A stretch of DNA of 64,000 bases from a virus. Position numbers and translations under genes: made by a program. This document shows, piece after piece, positions 1 to 8,839 of the stretch. The notes beneath the pieces were generated by a model. It saw only the letters and a list, made by a program, of their open reading frames with translations. It had not been told where the DNA came from and searched no databases. Where the stretch lies: the IMG/VR virus record IMGVR_UViG_3300031576_000012, positions 30,997 through 94,996 of that record; one strand, given 5' to 3'. Each line of letters starts with the position of its first letter. Position 1 is the stretch's first letter.

Positions 1-390
1 TAGGTCTCCTACATGTCTATCATTATCATTCATTACCTTAGCTAGACGCTCAAGCTTCCACAGGAAGATATACATAGCATATGCAGAGTCAAAGTCGTAA
101 GCTTCATAGCCTTGTTTGAAATAAGCTAGGCCACTCCCCACTTGCTGTCTAAAGTGACGGAAAGTTACTCTACGCAGAAATCTATCCCACTCGTATTCAA
201 GAGCTTCTTTAACTGAAAACATTTCAAGATCATCAAAGATATCGAAGTGCTTAAAAAATCTCATATTCGAAAGTTTTCCAGCAATCTTTTGAATTCTGGT
301 TTGCTTATCTTCTTCCCCGTCCATTTTACCGGCTAACTTGGCTGCTCGTTTACCAGAGCGAGTACCCATATTAATCATTTTACTTAACAT
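1..390 (-). CDS. hypothetical protein (partial, runs off window start)
   Basis: Not in ORF track. AAGGAG RBS just upstream of ATG at 390; frame MLSKMINMGTRSGKRAAK... stays open to position 1. Confidence 0.75.
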   Translation of the reverse strand, partial: MLSKMINMGTRSGKRAAKLAGKMDGEEDKQTRIQKIAGKLSNMRFFKHFDIFDDLEMFSVKEALEYEWDRFLRRVTFRHFRQQVGSGLAYFKQGYEAYDFDSAYAMYIFLWKLERLAKVMNDNDRHVGDL

Positions 391-910
391 TGTTTCTCCT
401 TAAAACTTTTATTTTTTTAATAATTAATCCTAATTGTAACATTTCTTTATAGTTAAATTTAGTACTTCTAGTATAATTACATAGGCCACAACAAGAAGTA
501 ACATTATTTAGTAAATACCCTTTATTATTATTTATTCTGTCTAACCCTATTCCTGTTTTATCTAACTCACTAAAACAATAAGTACATTTTTTAGAGATTA
601 ATGCTTTGTATTTATTATAAGTAATATCCCATTTAAGTCCTCGCCTCTTTGCATTATCTCTAGAATGCCAAAATCTTCTTTTTGGAGTTTTTCTTATTTC
701 TTTTGATCTTTCTCTCCATCTTGCTTTCATTTTCTCTGGATTCTCTAAACAATTCTTTTTATAAGATCTAGACGTTTGCTCGAGTTTACACTTTTTACAA
801 TAATAATCACAACCGTCTGATTGACTCTTGTTTTTATAAAAGCTATCAATATTCTTTTTTTCTTTGCAATAAGAACAAATCTTATGTTTTCCAAATTTTA
901 TAAGCAACAT
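380..910 (-). CDS. HNH-type homing endonuclease
   Basis: N-terminal CxxC...CxxC zinc finger; C-terminal CTYC...GLDRINNNKGY..NNVTSCCGLCN HNH-like core; more AT-rich than its neighbours; overlaps the def 3' end. Confidence 0.85.
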   Translation of the reverse strand: MLLIKFGKHKICSYCKEKKNIDSFYKNKSQSDGCDYYCKKCKLEQTSRSYKKNCLENPEKMKARWRERSKEIRKTPKRRFWHSRDNAKRRGLKWDITYNKYKALISKKCTYCFSELDKTGIGLDRINNNKGYLLNNVTSCCGLCNYTRSTKFNYKEMLQLGLIIKKIKVLRRNNVK

Positions 911-1337
911 CTATAAAAAGCTCTCCATTTAAATGCCCAATCTCATGTTGTACAATCTTTGCTTCATCCTCTAAAGCAATAGCACGTTTTTCTTCCCCTT
1001 CTATGTTGTGATACTTGATCTGAATTTCTAAGTTGCGTTTAACAACCCCTGATCTTCCAGGTACAGATAAGCATCCTTCTAAACTATCTCCTTCTTCCCC
1101 TCTCATATCTTCAATAGTGGGGTTAATCATTACATATAATGATTTTTTGGGAGCCTGTACAATAATAACCCTTTTTGTAACTCCTATTTGAGGAGCAGCT
1201 ATACCAACTCCTCCTAAAGCTTTCATGGTATCCATAAGGTCTCTTACAAGCTTCTTCAAAGTGTCATCAAATTTGGTAACACTTGTAGACTTGGCTTTTA
1301 AAGCCTTATTGGGTGTTTTTAGAACACTACGTACCAT
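882..1337 (-). CDS. def: peptide deformylase
   Basis: All three PDF motifs: GVGIAAPQIG, EGCLSVPG, QHEIGHLNG. Confidence 0.95.
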   Translation of the reverse strand: MVRSVLKTPNKALKAKSTSVTKFDDTLKKLVRDLMDTMKALGGVGIAAPQIGVTKRVIIVQAPKKSLYVMINPTIEDMRGEEGDSLEGCLSVPGRSGVVKRNLEIQIKYHNIEGEEKRAIALEDEAKIVQHEIGHLNGELFIDVAYKIWKT

Positions 1338-1590
1338 AATGTTTTGTTACTCCCTCTCTCAATTCTTCTTGGTCTTGCGGGAATAATTCTACATTAGTTA
1401 GACCTAAACTGTCAATAAATTGTTTTGCTACCCTTTGGTCACACTTTTTGTCTACAGGGCTAGACGAACTATAATCAAAATTCTTATCGTTACGTTCAAA
1501 GGTATATACTTTAAGATCAATTCCATTGTCTTCCTCAAGTATGTACCCATTTTTCGTTACAGTAACTTTAACTGATTGCGGCCTCATCAT
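1327..1590 (-). CDS. hypothetical protein
   Basis: Coupled ORF in the minus-strand operon. Confidence 0.7.
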   Translation of the reverse strand: MMRPQSVKVTVTKNGYILEEDNGIDLKVYTFERNDKNFDYSSSSPVDKKCDQRVAKQFIDSLGLTNVELFPQDQEELREGVTKHYGT

Positions 1591-2153
1591 TACATTACCC
1601 CTTTGTACACATCAAGTCTGTCTGTTTTCAGTGTGAAAACTTCATTTTTCTCTTGATTAGGTTCAGTATCTACAACACTCCAATTTTCTTGGGTGAGTAA
1701 GATAAACAGTTTATTGTTTTCTGCTGACTTATAGACCATATTAAATAGTCTATTACAATTTTGCTGAAGATAAGCAGAGAAATCCTTTCTAACTTTAACT
1801 GGCCATAGCTTTGGAATTTCTAATTCAACTGTAACCTTATCTGGAATAGCAATTCCAATTCTATCATAAATCCCTGATTCTTTCTTACTAATCTTATTGA
1901 ATCTACGAACCTCTGAACTAACAGGGATATACATCTTTGTTAATAGCCACATCGGGTAATCCTCTGAATGAGGAAACGAAGGGGTATTAATCTGATCCTT
2001 TTCAAACTGCATAGTAGTGTTTATCTTGTATTTCTTAAACACTCTTATCTGTATATACTTAGCATTTGGGCTTTCTACAATCTTCTTTTTTACTGTAAGT
2101 TGTAGTGCTACAGGGTCAGGTGGAATCCATGTTTCTTTTTTCTTATTTTCCAT
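1590..2153 (-). CDS. hypothetical protein
   Basis: Long ORF; likely start MENKKK at 2153. Confidence 0.75.
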   Translation of the reverse strand: MENKKKETWIPPDPVALQLTVKKKIVESPNAKYIQIRVFKKYKINTTMQFEKDQINTPSFPHSEDYPMWLLTKMYIPVSSEVRRFNKISKKESGIYDRIGIAIPDKVTVELEIPKLWPVKVRKDFSAYLQQNCNRLFNMVYKSAENNKLFILLTQENWSVVDTEPNQEKNEVFTLKTDRLDVYKGVM

Positions 2154-2430
2154 TTGATTTCTTCTTTCCGTTTTCCCCGTCAATAAAAGCTTCTAGGGCT
2201 TTCATCATTGGTTTAGACATTTCAAAATACTCTATGGTTGTTTTCCCACCATGACTATGCAACTCTTCAACGTTCGATATACTATCAAATATGGTAGTAG
2301 AGGTTACTTCGGTTCTCCATACCAAGGCTACTTTTCCATTGGGCCAGATTACTCCGATTGCAACAGAAGGCCCAGTGCCACTGTTACCGTGTACATCTTC
2401 ATGACGGTGTAATCTGAATATTTTAATCAC
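2143..2430 (-). CDS. conserved phage hypothetical protein
   Basis: HRHEDVHGNSGTG...HSHGGKT pattern typical of a widespread small phage family. Confidence 0.75.
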   Translation of the reverse strand: MIKIFRLHRHEDVHGNSGTGPSVAIGVIWPNGKVALVWRTEVTSTTIFDSISNVEELHSHGGKTTIEYFEMSKPMMKALEAFIDGENGKKKSNGK

Positions 2431-2678
2431 TTCTTTAACCCTTCTACTAAGGCTTGTATTTTTCCTTTAAGGTGGCCACTATATTGCCAGCTACCTAAAG
2501 CCCCTGCTGCCATTAGTAAACCAAAGAGAGCAAATGGAGTTACTCGTCCTATCATAACATGAATCAAAGCTACATTCAAAGCTTGACCCAAAAAGATACC
2601 CGACACATAGAACCAGTATCTCTCTTTAAAAGAAAGAACATAAATCTCTGTCTGTTGTTCTTCAGTTAACTGTGTCAT
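2427..2678 (-). CDS. small membrane protein
   Basis: Two hydrophobic segments. Confidence 0.7.
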   Translation of the reverse strand: MTQLTEEQQTEIYVLSFKERYWFYVSGIFLGQALNVALIHVMIGRVTPFALFGLLMAAGALGSWQYSGHLKGKIQALVEGLKK

Positions 2679-2886
2679 CTGATTCCTCTGGTATTAATCT
2701 TACTATATTAAACAGTGCTTTGTCAAGGTTTTCTAAGTAAGGTCTTAAAGCATCAATACACCCTTCTGCATCATAAAACCTAGAATTAGGTTGTTCTCTG
2801 CTAATACGTACCGCTGCTCCAAGGGCCTTACCCATCTCCTTATTAATTTGCGCTATAAGTAATTGAATTTCTTTACTTTTCGCCAT
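2662..2886 (-). CDS. hypothetical protein
   Basis: Overlap-coupled ORF with GGAGG RBS. Confidence 0.7.
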   Translation of the reverse strand: MAKSKEIQLLIAQINKEMGKALGAAVRISREQPNSRFYDAEGCIDALRPYLENLDKALFNIVRLIPEESDDTVN

Positions 2887-3142
2887 TTGTTGCCTCTTTC
2901 ACTGGTTCTTTTAGAGAGTAAATAGCAGAGTTTAAGGACTGAATACTATTGTTGATTTCGTTTAGTTTTGTTTTTAGATCATTCACAGCATACTCTATAT
3001 TCATGAAAGGTTGGTTATAAGAGCTATTATAGCCTGAATCCAAATCACCCTCATTCTGCGCTCTTAGCGCCCTATAGACCCCTTTAGCTACTGCTTTAGT
3101 TAACTCTCTTAGATAGTCATGTAATTCTTGATCGTCTGACAC
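2873..3142 (-). CDS. hypothetical coiled-coil protein
   Basis: GTG start after GAGG; heptad-like C-terminus. Confidence 0.7.
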   Translation of the reverse strand: MSDDQELHDYLRELTKAVAKGVYRALRAQNEGDLDSGYNSSYNQPFMNIEYAVNDLKTKLNEINNSIQSLNSAIYSLKEPVKEATNGEK

Positions 3143-3143
3143 T

Positions 3144-3776
3144 TTAAACCTCTATTACAATGGGCTTGTAGACCCTTCTATAATCATCATCAAGTTGTGA
3201 AGCATTAACAAACTTAGTTCCATCTCTCTCTAATACACCATGAGCTGAATGTATATGCCCAAAAATATGCACAAGGGGTTTAACCCTCTTTACATGATTT
3301 AACAAGTCTTTACAACCTACAGGTTCTCCAGTCATTGGAGTCTTGTCTAAGATCCCATAAGGTGGACCATGAGTAATAAGTACGTCAAGATTAGCAGGAA
3401 TCTTTTCCCAATGCTCATTAAGCTTTTCTCCACGCGGGGCATTAAAAGCCCAATCACAAAATTCTGGCTGATAGGGAGAGCCAAAAAAGGTGAGACCTTC
3501 TACATTAGCCTCTTCTTCATTAAGGTAGATGATACCAGCATCTTTGCACATCTCTCTAGCTAAAGCTGGCTGTCGTTCAAATAGCCAATCATGATTTCCT
3601 GCCACTAGAATTTTATTTTTATGAGGTAGAGCTTTAAACCATTCAAGGAATGCCCCTACCTCTCGTATTGTTCCTGACCCTGTAAAATCTCCTGGATGTA
3701 CAAGGATATCCCCATCTGGTACCACAATCCCTTTATGTTGATTATGAGTATCGCTAATTGCTACTATTTTAGTCAT
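3144..3776 (-). CDS. calcineurin-like metallophosphoesterase
   Basis: Motifs ISDTH, GDFT, GNHD, THGPP, GHIH. Confidence 0.93.
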   Translation of the reverse strand: MTKIVAISDTHNQHKGIVVPDGDILVHPGDFTGSGTIREVGAFLEWFKALPHKNKILVAGNHDWLFERQPALAREMCKDAGIIYLNEEEANVEGLTFFGSPYQPEFCDWAFNAPRGEKLNEHWEKIPANLDVLITHGPPYGILDKTPMTGEPVGCKDLLNHVKRVKPLVHIFGHIHSAHGVLERDGTKFVNASQLDDDYRRVYKPIVIEV

Positions 3777-3984
3777 TAACTAATTCCACCTTTTGCACAT
3801 ATAAGGCTAATGCTTCTTCAAGTGTCTTACCAAGCTTTTGTGCTTGTTCTAGGGTAATTTTAACCGGCCTTACGCCTGTTTCTTTACGGTGGTCTGGTAC
3901 TTCGATAACAACTTGTGTGTCGTTAACTTCAACTACTTTTCCCAAACTATGCTTTGCAGCTACGAAATCTCCAATTTTTAACAT
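3769..3984 (-). CDS. hypothetical protein
   Basis: Coupled ORF; KOW/SH3-like start LKIGDFV. Confidence 0.7.
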   Translation of the reverse strand: MLKIGDFVAAKHSLGKVVEVNDTQVVIEVPDHRKETGVRPVKITLEQAQKLGKTLEEALALYVQKVELVND

Positions 3985-3986
3985 AT

Positions 3987-4226
3987 TTACCTCAGTGTAA
4001 CAATATCTATTCTTGTAATTAACTCATCCTTTTGTAAGGATATTACTTGACGTTTTGTATGAGCGCCCACTTTAATCTCAGGGTAGCTTATGTTTATAGT
4101 CCTCTTGGTTGTAGTATACACAATAACATTTTGGTCAAGATGAACAATACCATGACCAATAATCTTTCCTGCACGAATCTTGTGCTGACTAATCTCCCCT
4201 GTTTGTGTCATATAAAATGTTTTCAT
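3987..4226 (-). CDS. hypothetical protein
   Basis: Coupled ORF. Confidence 0.65.
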   Translation of the reverse strand: MKTFYMTQTGEISQHKIRAGKIIGHGIVHLDQNVIVYTTTKRTINISYPEIKVGAHTKRQVISLQKDELITRIDIVTLR

Positions 4227-4460
4227 TTAAAATTTACCGCTCCTAAACTCACCTTCAAAGTCATCACATATACTTTTAAGTCTTTCATAGTCATCTTTAA
4301 GAGCTTCCCAACCTTCTATCTCTGCTTCTAACTTAGATATTTTTTCTTCTAGCTCATCCATTGTTTTAAACTGACCAGCTATAGTCTCTTCAGCTTCTTC
4401 TAAATCTAACTGAAGTTGCTCAATTAAAGCACTCTTTTCATCACTGCTTAGGTAGTCCAT
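4227..4460 (-). CDS. acidic coiled-coil protein
   Basis: E/D-rich heptads. Confidence 0.7.
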   Translation of the reverse strand: MDYLSSDEKSALIEQLQLDLEEAEETIAGQFKTMDELEEKISKLEAEIEGWEALKDDYERLKSICDDFEGEFRSGKF

Positions 4461-4698
4461 TGGTTTCTTGCTTCTTTACTTGAGGTTTTCTACCATAAAT
4501 AAGATCAAGGGTTTTACGAAGCCTCTTATGTTTAATCAAATCGTTGTGGAATTTACAAATGAATCTGTACCCGTCCCAATCTATTTCGTATCTTCCATTG
4601 GGCAATCTAGTGCTTCCTCTTTGTATACGAACAGAGTACACTTCTCGTTTCTCTACAGACATATGATTTTTACATTTGTGAAAACTACACTTTATCAT
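4441..4698 (-). CDS. hypothetical protein (Cys/His)
   Basis: CxxxxC...CxxH pattern; coupled ORF. Confidence 0.65.
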   Translation of the reverse strand: MIKCSFHKCKNHMSVEKREVYSVRIQRGSTRLPNGRYEIDWDGYRFICKFHNDLIKHKRLRKTLDLIYGRKPQVKKQETNGLPKQ

Positions 4699-4844
4699 TT
4701 CATCCTCTTTAGTAACTCTTTAACTTCTTGAGCTGCAAGTTTAACAAATTCTCTCTGCTTATCCGTAACAACCGTTATATTATACACCTTTATTAATGAA
4801 CTTTCAATAACTTTTTCAATCTCTCTTACAGTTTGTTTGTTCAT
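4695..4844 (-). CDS. 49-aa hypothetical protein, probably leaderless
   Basis: Below the track cutoff; MNKQTVREIEKVIESS...; stop overlaps the next ATG (ATGA); ATG follows a -10 box after a 6-nt spacer. Confidence 0.6.
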   Translation of the reverse strand: MNKQTVREIEKVIESSLIKVYNITVVTDKQREFVKLAAQEVKELLKRMK

Positions 4845-4847
4845 ACA

Positions 4848-5183
4848 TTAAGTATAATCCATCCATGAACCTGTGTCAAGTTGTCTATTGTTCAAGAATT
4901 CCGCATACTTAACCCTATATTGCATAGACAAAGGGGTATTCAAAGTGAAGTCAGGGGTACTACTATATCTTGAGGTAGTAACAGACTCAAAGGTCTCCAT
5001 AGTGAGCATAAAAGTCTCATCTTGGGGTACATTTGTCACCTTATTTTCTAGGAACTTAAACTTAATCATAGCTCTACTTTTCCCAATGGTTAAAGCGTCC
5101 AGCTCGACAAATACGTCTTCAATAACTGCTGTTCGACCATCTTTTACGTCATACACCGTTCCTATTAGCCTATTCTTCATCAT
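4848..5183 (-). CDS. hypothetical protein
   Basis: ORF with GGGAG RBS. Confidence 0.7.
   Translation of the reverse strand: MMKNRLIGTVYDVKDGRTAVIEDVFVELDALTIGKSRAMIKFKFLENKVTNVPQDETFMLTMETFESVTTSRYSSTPDFTLNTPLSMQYRVKYAEFLNNRQLDTGSWMDYT
4851..4879 (-). promoter_or_regulatory. sigma70-type promoter
   Basis: TTGACA-N17-TATACT. Confidence 0.75.
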
Positions 5184-5694
5184 TGTTTTCTCCCTTTCTT
5201 TCCATTTTAAACTTTATTGTATCAGCAAGATGTATTTGAAGTCTACCTTCTTTTAAGGATCTAAGCACTGTCCTAATAGGGGTAGAACCTTTTTTTAGTT
5301 TCATTTTACAAGGGTAACATACAGTATAAGGTACTAATTCAATTTGAGCATAAAGATGTATAGCTCCATCATTAAAGAACGAATGGTTTAGTTCATCAGC
5401 GGTTACTTCCAAGTAAAAAGTACATTTACAAGGATCTTTGTTAATATATTGGTTATCATAAGCAGGGTTAAATTCATATACATTCTTAGATAACTCTTGA
5501 ATAAACTGATTCCTTTTGGCTTCAATGAAAGATTCAGCCGAATCCATTTCATTATGAAGTCTGTCTATCATGCTCTCCATGTTCTCATATCTAATTCTTT
5601 CAATCCTTGTCCTCTTTTTAGAGGTTAAAGTAAACCACAAAGACTTAAAGAAGACAACAATTTGTTCTAAAAGATTTCTATAAGCCATAGACAT
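5170..5694 (-). CDS. hypothetical protein
   Basis: 174-aa coupled ORF. Confidence 0.7.
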   Translation of the reverse strand: MSMAYRNLLEQIVVFFKSLWFTLTSKKRTRIERIRYENMESMIDRLHNEMDSAESFIEAKRNQFIQELSKNVYEFNPAYDNQYINKDPCKCTFYLEVTADELNHSFFNDGAIHLYAQIELVPYTVCYPCKMKLKKGSTPIRTVLRSLKEGRLQIHLADTIKFKMERKGENNDEE

Positions 5695-5894
5695 AACTTT
5701 ATTCTAAGGGTATTAATAACAGTAAGAATTTTAGAACTAGTTTTCCTTCTACTTTTCAACAGAGTGGTAAGACCCTGTACATGGTTTAACAAAACAAAAA
5801 ATCGTGCTTTTAACAGAACAGATTTAGTTCCATTAACAACAGGTGATTCTTCAACTCTAAGAAGACTGTGTTTCAAGTTTGCTTCTTTTCTCAT
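5667..5894 (-). CDS. hypothetical protein
   Basis: Fills the gap in the operon. Confidence 0.5.
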   Translation of the reverse strand: MRKEANLKHSLLRVEESPVVNGTKSVLLKARFFVLLNHVQGLTTLLKSRRKTSSKILTVINTLRIKLCLWLIEIF

Positions 5895-6045
5895 AGTTTT
5901 TATTGGCTTTCTTGTACCCTAACGTTCTAACTTCAAGGTCGTATAACACTGCGTCTTCCGAACACTTCTGAGAACAAAACACGTCATTACTTTGAGACGG
6001 TTTCTTGTTGCACTGAATACAATAGCTAATATGTTCTTCGTTCAT
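5857..6045 (-). CDS. small zinc-ribbon protein
   Basis: CIQC...FCSQKC; GGAGG RBS. Confidence 0.7.
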   Translation of the reverse strand: MNEEHISYCIQCNKKPSQSNDVFCSQKCSEDAVLYDLEVRTLGYKKANKNYEKRSKLETQSS

Positions 6046-6054
6046 ATGCCCTCC

Positions 6055-6082
6055 ATTATACCAAAGGATAAGCTAATGTCAA
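6055..6082 (-). promoter_or_regulatory. sigma70-type promoter
   Basis: TTGACA-N16-TATAAT with TGn extended -10. Confidence 0.75.
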
Positions 6083-6089
6083 CATGAAA

Positions 6090-6557
6090 CTAGCCCCCTC
6101 CAAATATCTTTTTACGATCAACACCTGCCCTAAGTAGGCGACTTCTAATCTTAAACTTACGCTCCTCATTACCTTGAATATAATCACACGTCATATCTCT
6201 ACCCATTTCTTGGTAGTAGTCCCAGAACCTATTAGCTTTAGTGGATGCAAATAGTTCTGCTTTAGCTCCGAATCTCTTTTTGGTCTCTTCAATATCAAAA
6301 ATTATACTTCTAATATTCTTGCTGGTACATACAATGCCTGACTCTGTTTCTGTTAAGGGTGACTGGCAGTACGGACATTTTCCTTTTATTGCTTCATATA
6401 AGTTGCTGTTGCTTTTTTTCCTTTCTCCAATAGCGGGTAAAAGAAAGTTAAACTTAAGGTTTACTCCTTTTTCCATACGGAACTTAATCAATCGCTTTAG
6501 GATTTTCCTAGCCTGAGCGATTGTTTTATTCCTTAAGTCTATCGTTCTTACTTTCAT
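6090..6557 (-). CDS. basic protein with zinc ribbon
   Basis: CPYC...C...C; K/R-rich. Confidence 0.75.
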   Translation of the reverse strand: MKVRTIDLRNKTIAQARKILKRLIKFRMEKGVNLKFNFLLPAIGERKKSNSNLYEAIKGKCPYCQSPLTETESGIVCTSKNIRSIIFDIEETKKRFGAKAELFASTKANRFWDYYQEMGRDMTCDYIQGNEERKFKIRSRLLRAGVDRKKIFGGG

Positions 6558-6658
6558 TTAGCACCTTCCGCATTACTTCTATCTGCTTTTGTAAAGTCTG
6601 CATCTCTTCCATAAGAAGCTTACGTTGCCATTCACTGAGGAATTGAACATGCTCAAGT

Positions 6659-6859
6659 TCATAACAAATTCTCTGAATCCTCTCTAGTAACGCTTTGTCT
6701 ATTGTATAGACTAAGCTCCCCTTCACACATGGGATGGGTTAGTAACTTCTCTCTGTTTAATGTGTGCATCATATCTGCAATTTGTTCTTTTGTTTTCCCT
6801 TCTGGAAACTCCAATATTTTTTCTATTCCACATTTTTCACAATGAATGATAGTTTTCAT
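6659..6859 (-). CDS. hypothetical protein
   Basis: CEKC...HPMC small ORF. Confidence 0.6.
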   Translation of the reverse strand: MKTIIHCEKCGIEKILEFPEGKTKEQIADMMHTLNREKLLTHPMCEGELSLYNRQSVTREDSENLL

Positions 6860-6865
6860 TATTCA

Positions 6866-7213
6866 TTATTCTGAAATCTCTAATAACACAGCTTGTCTGT
6901 CTTCTACCGTTGTGTACTTCAGAATACCTCCGAAGAATGCTAGACCCAAAGGAGAATTAGAACTCTTGCCATATCTAGTTTCAGGTGAAGGGCTAGTTGT
7001 AAACGCCATAACCTCTTTCACACTTTTGTTCTCAGATATCATCTGTAAAACAGCATCTTTAAATATAGCAAGCTGTTCTTGTTTAGGGTTTCTAAACTTA
7101 ACAGATGTGCCAAAGGGGGAAGTAGCAGGAGCAACACTGTTAGTACCTGGAGAAGTACTGTCAATCTTTACTGGCTTCCCATCTGGGGTCTTGAATCCAC
7201 CTAGTAGTTTCAT
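6866..7213 (-). CDS. hypothetical protein
   Basis: Coupled to the vWA gene (ATGA overlap). Confidence 0.7.
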   Translation of the reverse strand: MKLLGGFKTPDGKPVKIDSTSPGTNSVAPATSPFGTSVKFRNPKQEQLAIFKDAVLQMISENKSVKEVMAFTTSPSPETRYGKSSNSPLGLAFFGGILKYTTVEDRQAVLLEISE

Positions 7214-8631
7214 TTCTCTTCCTTCTTTATCTTTACTATCTTACCAAATTTTACAGCATTTGCAAAGTCTTTTTCTGCATACCCATTCTGTGTTAGTACC
7301 CACATGACCCCGTATTTTGGCTTAGGAAGGTTAAAGCTAAACCAACCATCTGTTAGTATTACCAAGGCATCAAAGTCGTGCTTATTGGCATATTTGATCC
7401 ATTCTGAGGCATCTGTACCGCCTCTCCCTGACACCTTAAAGTCTTTAGGGAGCATCTTCTTCTTCATTTTGTAGTGCTCATGGGTCTGAGTGTCCCCAAC
7501 CATAATCTCTATTTTAGCAAGCTTGGTGTTCCATATCCTATTGATTTCACCACCAAATAGTTTTAAATCAGCCTCACTTATAGACCCTGATGAGTCTACA
7601 TAGATACCTAGTTTAAGCCTTGGGTCAGTCTTTTGCCCTTGATAGGTAATTCCAAACCTTCTTGACCTACGTTTTCTGGTATTTATCCTAAAGATTTCTG
7701 TAGCACGTTCCATGAACGACCGTAACCTTTGTTTCCAGTTAATTTCTGTCGTAAGGAACTTAAGTATCTCTTCCTGCATATTACCAGGAAGATTACCGAA
7801 TGACTCAGGGGCTTTCTCTTTAGCCTCTCTAATCATCCGTTTTAGCTCTTCATCTAGGATGCCTTGAGTATTCCCTTGTACAGAATCCCATTCATCATGG
7901 CTACCTGCACCAAAATCAAATCTAACTTTTCCGCTCTTAATGTCTTCTTTTAGTTGCTCTTGCTCTTCAGGTGTGAGATTTGTTTCCCCCGTCTCAGGAT
8001 TAATGTATACAGTCTTGCGTTGAAACTTCTTTAGTAGGTCTTTATTCTCAGTGATAGATTTATAATAGAATTCAGCTGTACGTTTTTCGGGTAAGCCGTA
8101 ATCTTGTGGCAATAAGCATGAACAGCATTTACCATCTTTATCTGCTTTAGGTAGTTGCTTCTCTGCTTCTTCTTCTGTCATCCCATGTTGTTTTATAAGC
8201 TTCTCTTTCATTGCTGCTTTATCAAACCTGGGTAGGTTAGCGATATAACAATTGATTGCCATATCAGCCGCTACATTCCACAAATGAGGATCAAGGGATT
8301 TACCCCTAGTCAAATGGTCATTTAGTAAATGGTACACCTCATGGGTTGCAACTGCCTTAGCTTCATCAGAAGACAGAGATGAATAAAAGAATGGGTTTAC
8401 TAAAAGAAAGTATCTTGAATCAATTGCACACACTGCTGCTGTTGGAATATCTACAGACATTCTTCGATTCAGCATTTGAATTAGATGCCCAACAAATGCA
8501 TGAGACCGTAAGAGGGTATGGATAGCAGAACTCAGAAGCAAATTAGTATGGTCGATTGCTTCTTTAGTCTCCTCTTCGATCTTTTTGATCTCTTCAGGAG
8601 TAAACTGTGGTATTACAGGATTACTTGCCAT
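7210..8631 (-). CDS. metallopeptidase-vWA domain protein (DUF2201-like)
   Basis: HEVYH zincin motif followed by H..R...WNVAADMAIN; C-terminal vWA MIDAS VDSSGSI, GRGGTD, LTDG. Confidence 0.9.
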   Translation of the reverse strand: MASNPVIPQFTPEEIKKIEEETKEAIDHTNLLLSSAIHTLLRSHAFVGHLIQMLNRRMSVDIPTAAVCAIDSRYFLLVNPFFYSSLSSDEAKAVATHEVYHLLNDHLTRGKSLDPHLWNVAADMAINCYIANLPRFDKAAMKEKLIKQHGMTEEEAEKQLPKADKDGKCCSCLLPQDYGLPEKRTAEFYYKSITENKDLLKKFQRKTVYINPETGETNLTPEEQEQLKEDIKSGKVRFDFGAGSHDEWDSVQGNTQGILDEELKRMIREAKEKAPESFGNLPGNMQEEILKFLTTEINWKQRLRSFMERATEIFRINTRKRRSRRFGITYQGQKTDPRLKLGIYVDSSGSISEADLKLFGGEINRIWNTKLAKIEIMVGDTQTHEHYKMKKKMLPKDFKVSGRGGTDASEWIKYANKHDFDALVILTDGWFSFNLPKPKYGVMWVLTQNGYAEKDFANAVKFGKIVKIKKEEK

Positions 8632-8839
8632 CTCTCAAATCTCCAGAATAGGTAACTAACTTGTTCGGTCTGATAGGATCATCTGGAAGTATAGTTAAGT
8701 TCCCCTTTCTTAAGATTCTTGATATGGTCATCCATCCTGCTACTGATGCCTCTTCAATTGTTAAGCCTCTAAGATCAGCAGTAGGGAAAGTCTCTACAAC
8801 AACTTGCTTAAACACTAGGCTAAAGTCTTCATTAGTCAT
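8621..8839 (-). CDS. hypothetical protein
   Basis: Coupled between the ATPase and vWA genes. Confidence 0.65.
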   Translation of the reverse strand: MTNEDFSLVFKQVVVETFPTADLRGLTIEEASVAGWMTISRILRKGNLTILPDDPIRPNKLVTYSGDLRDGK

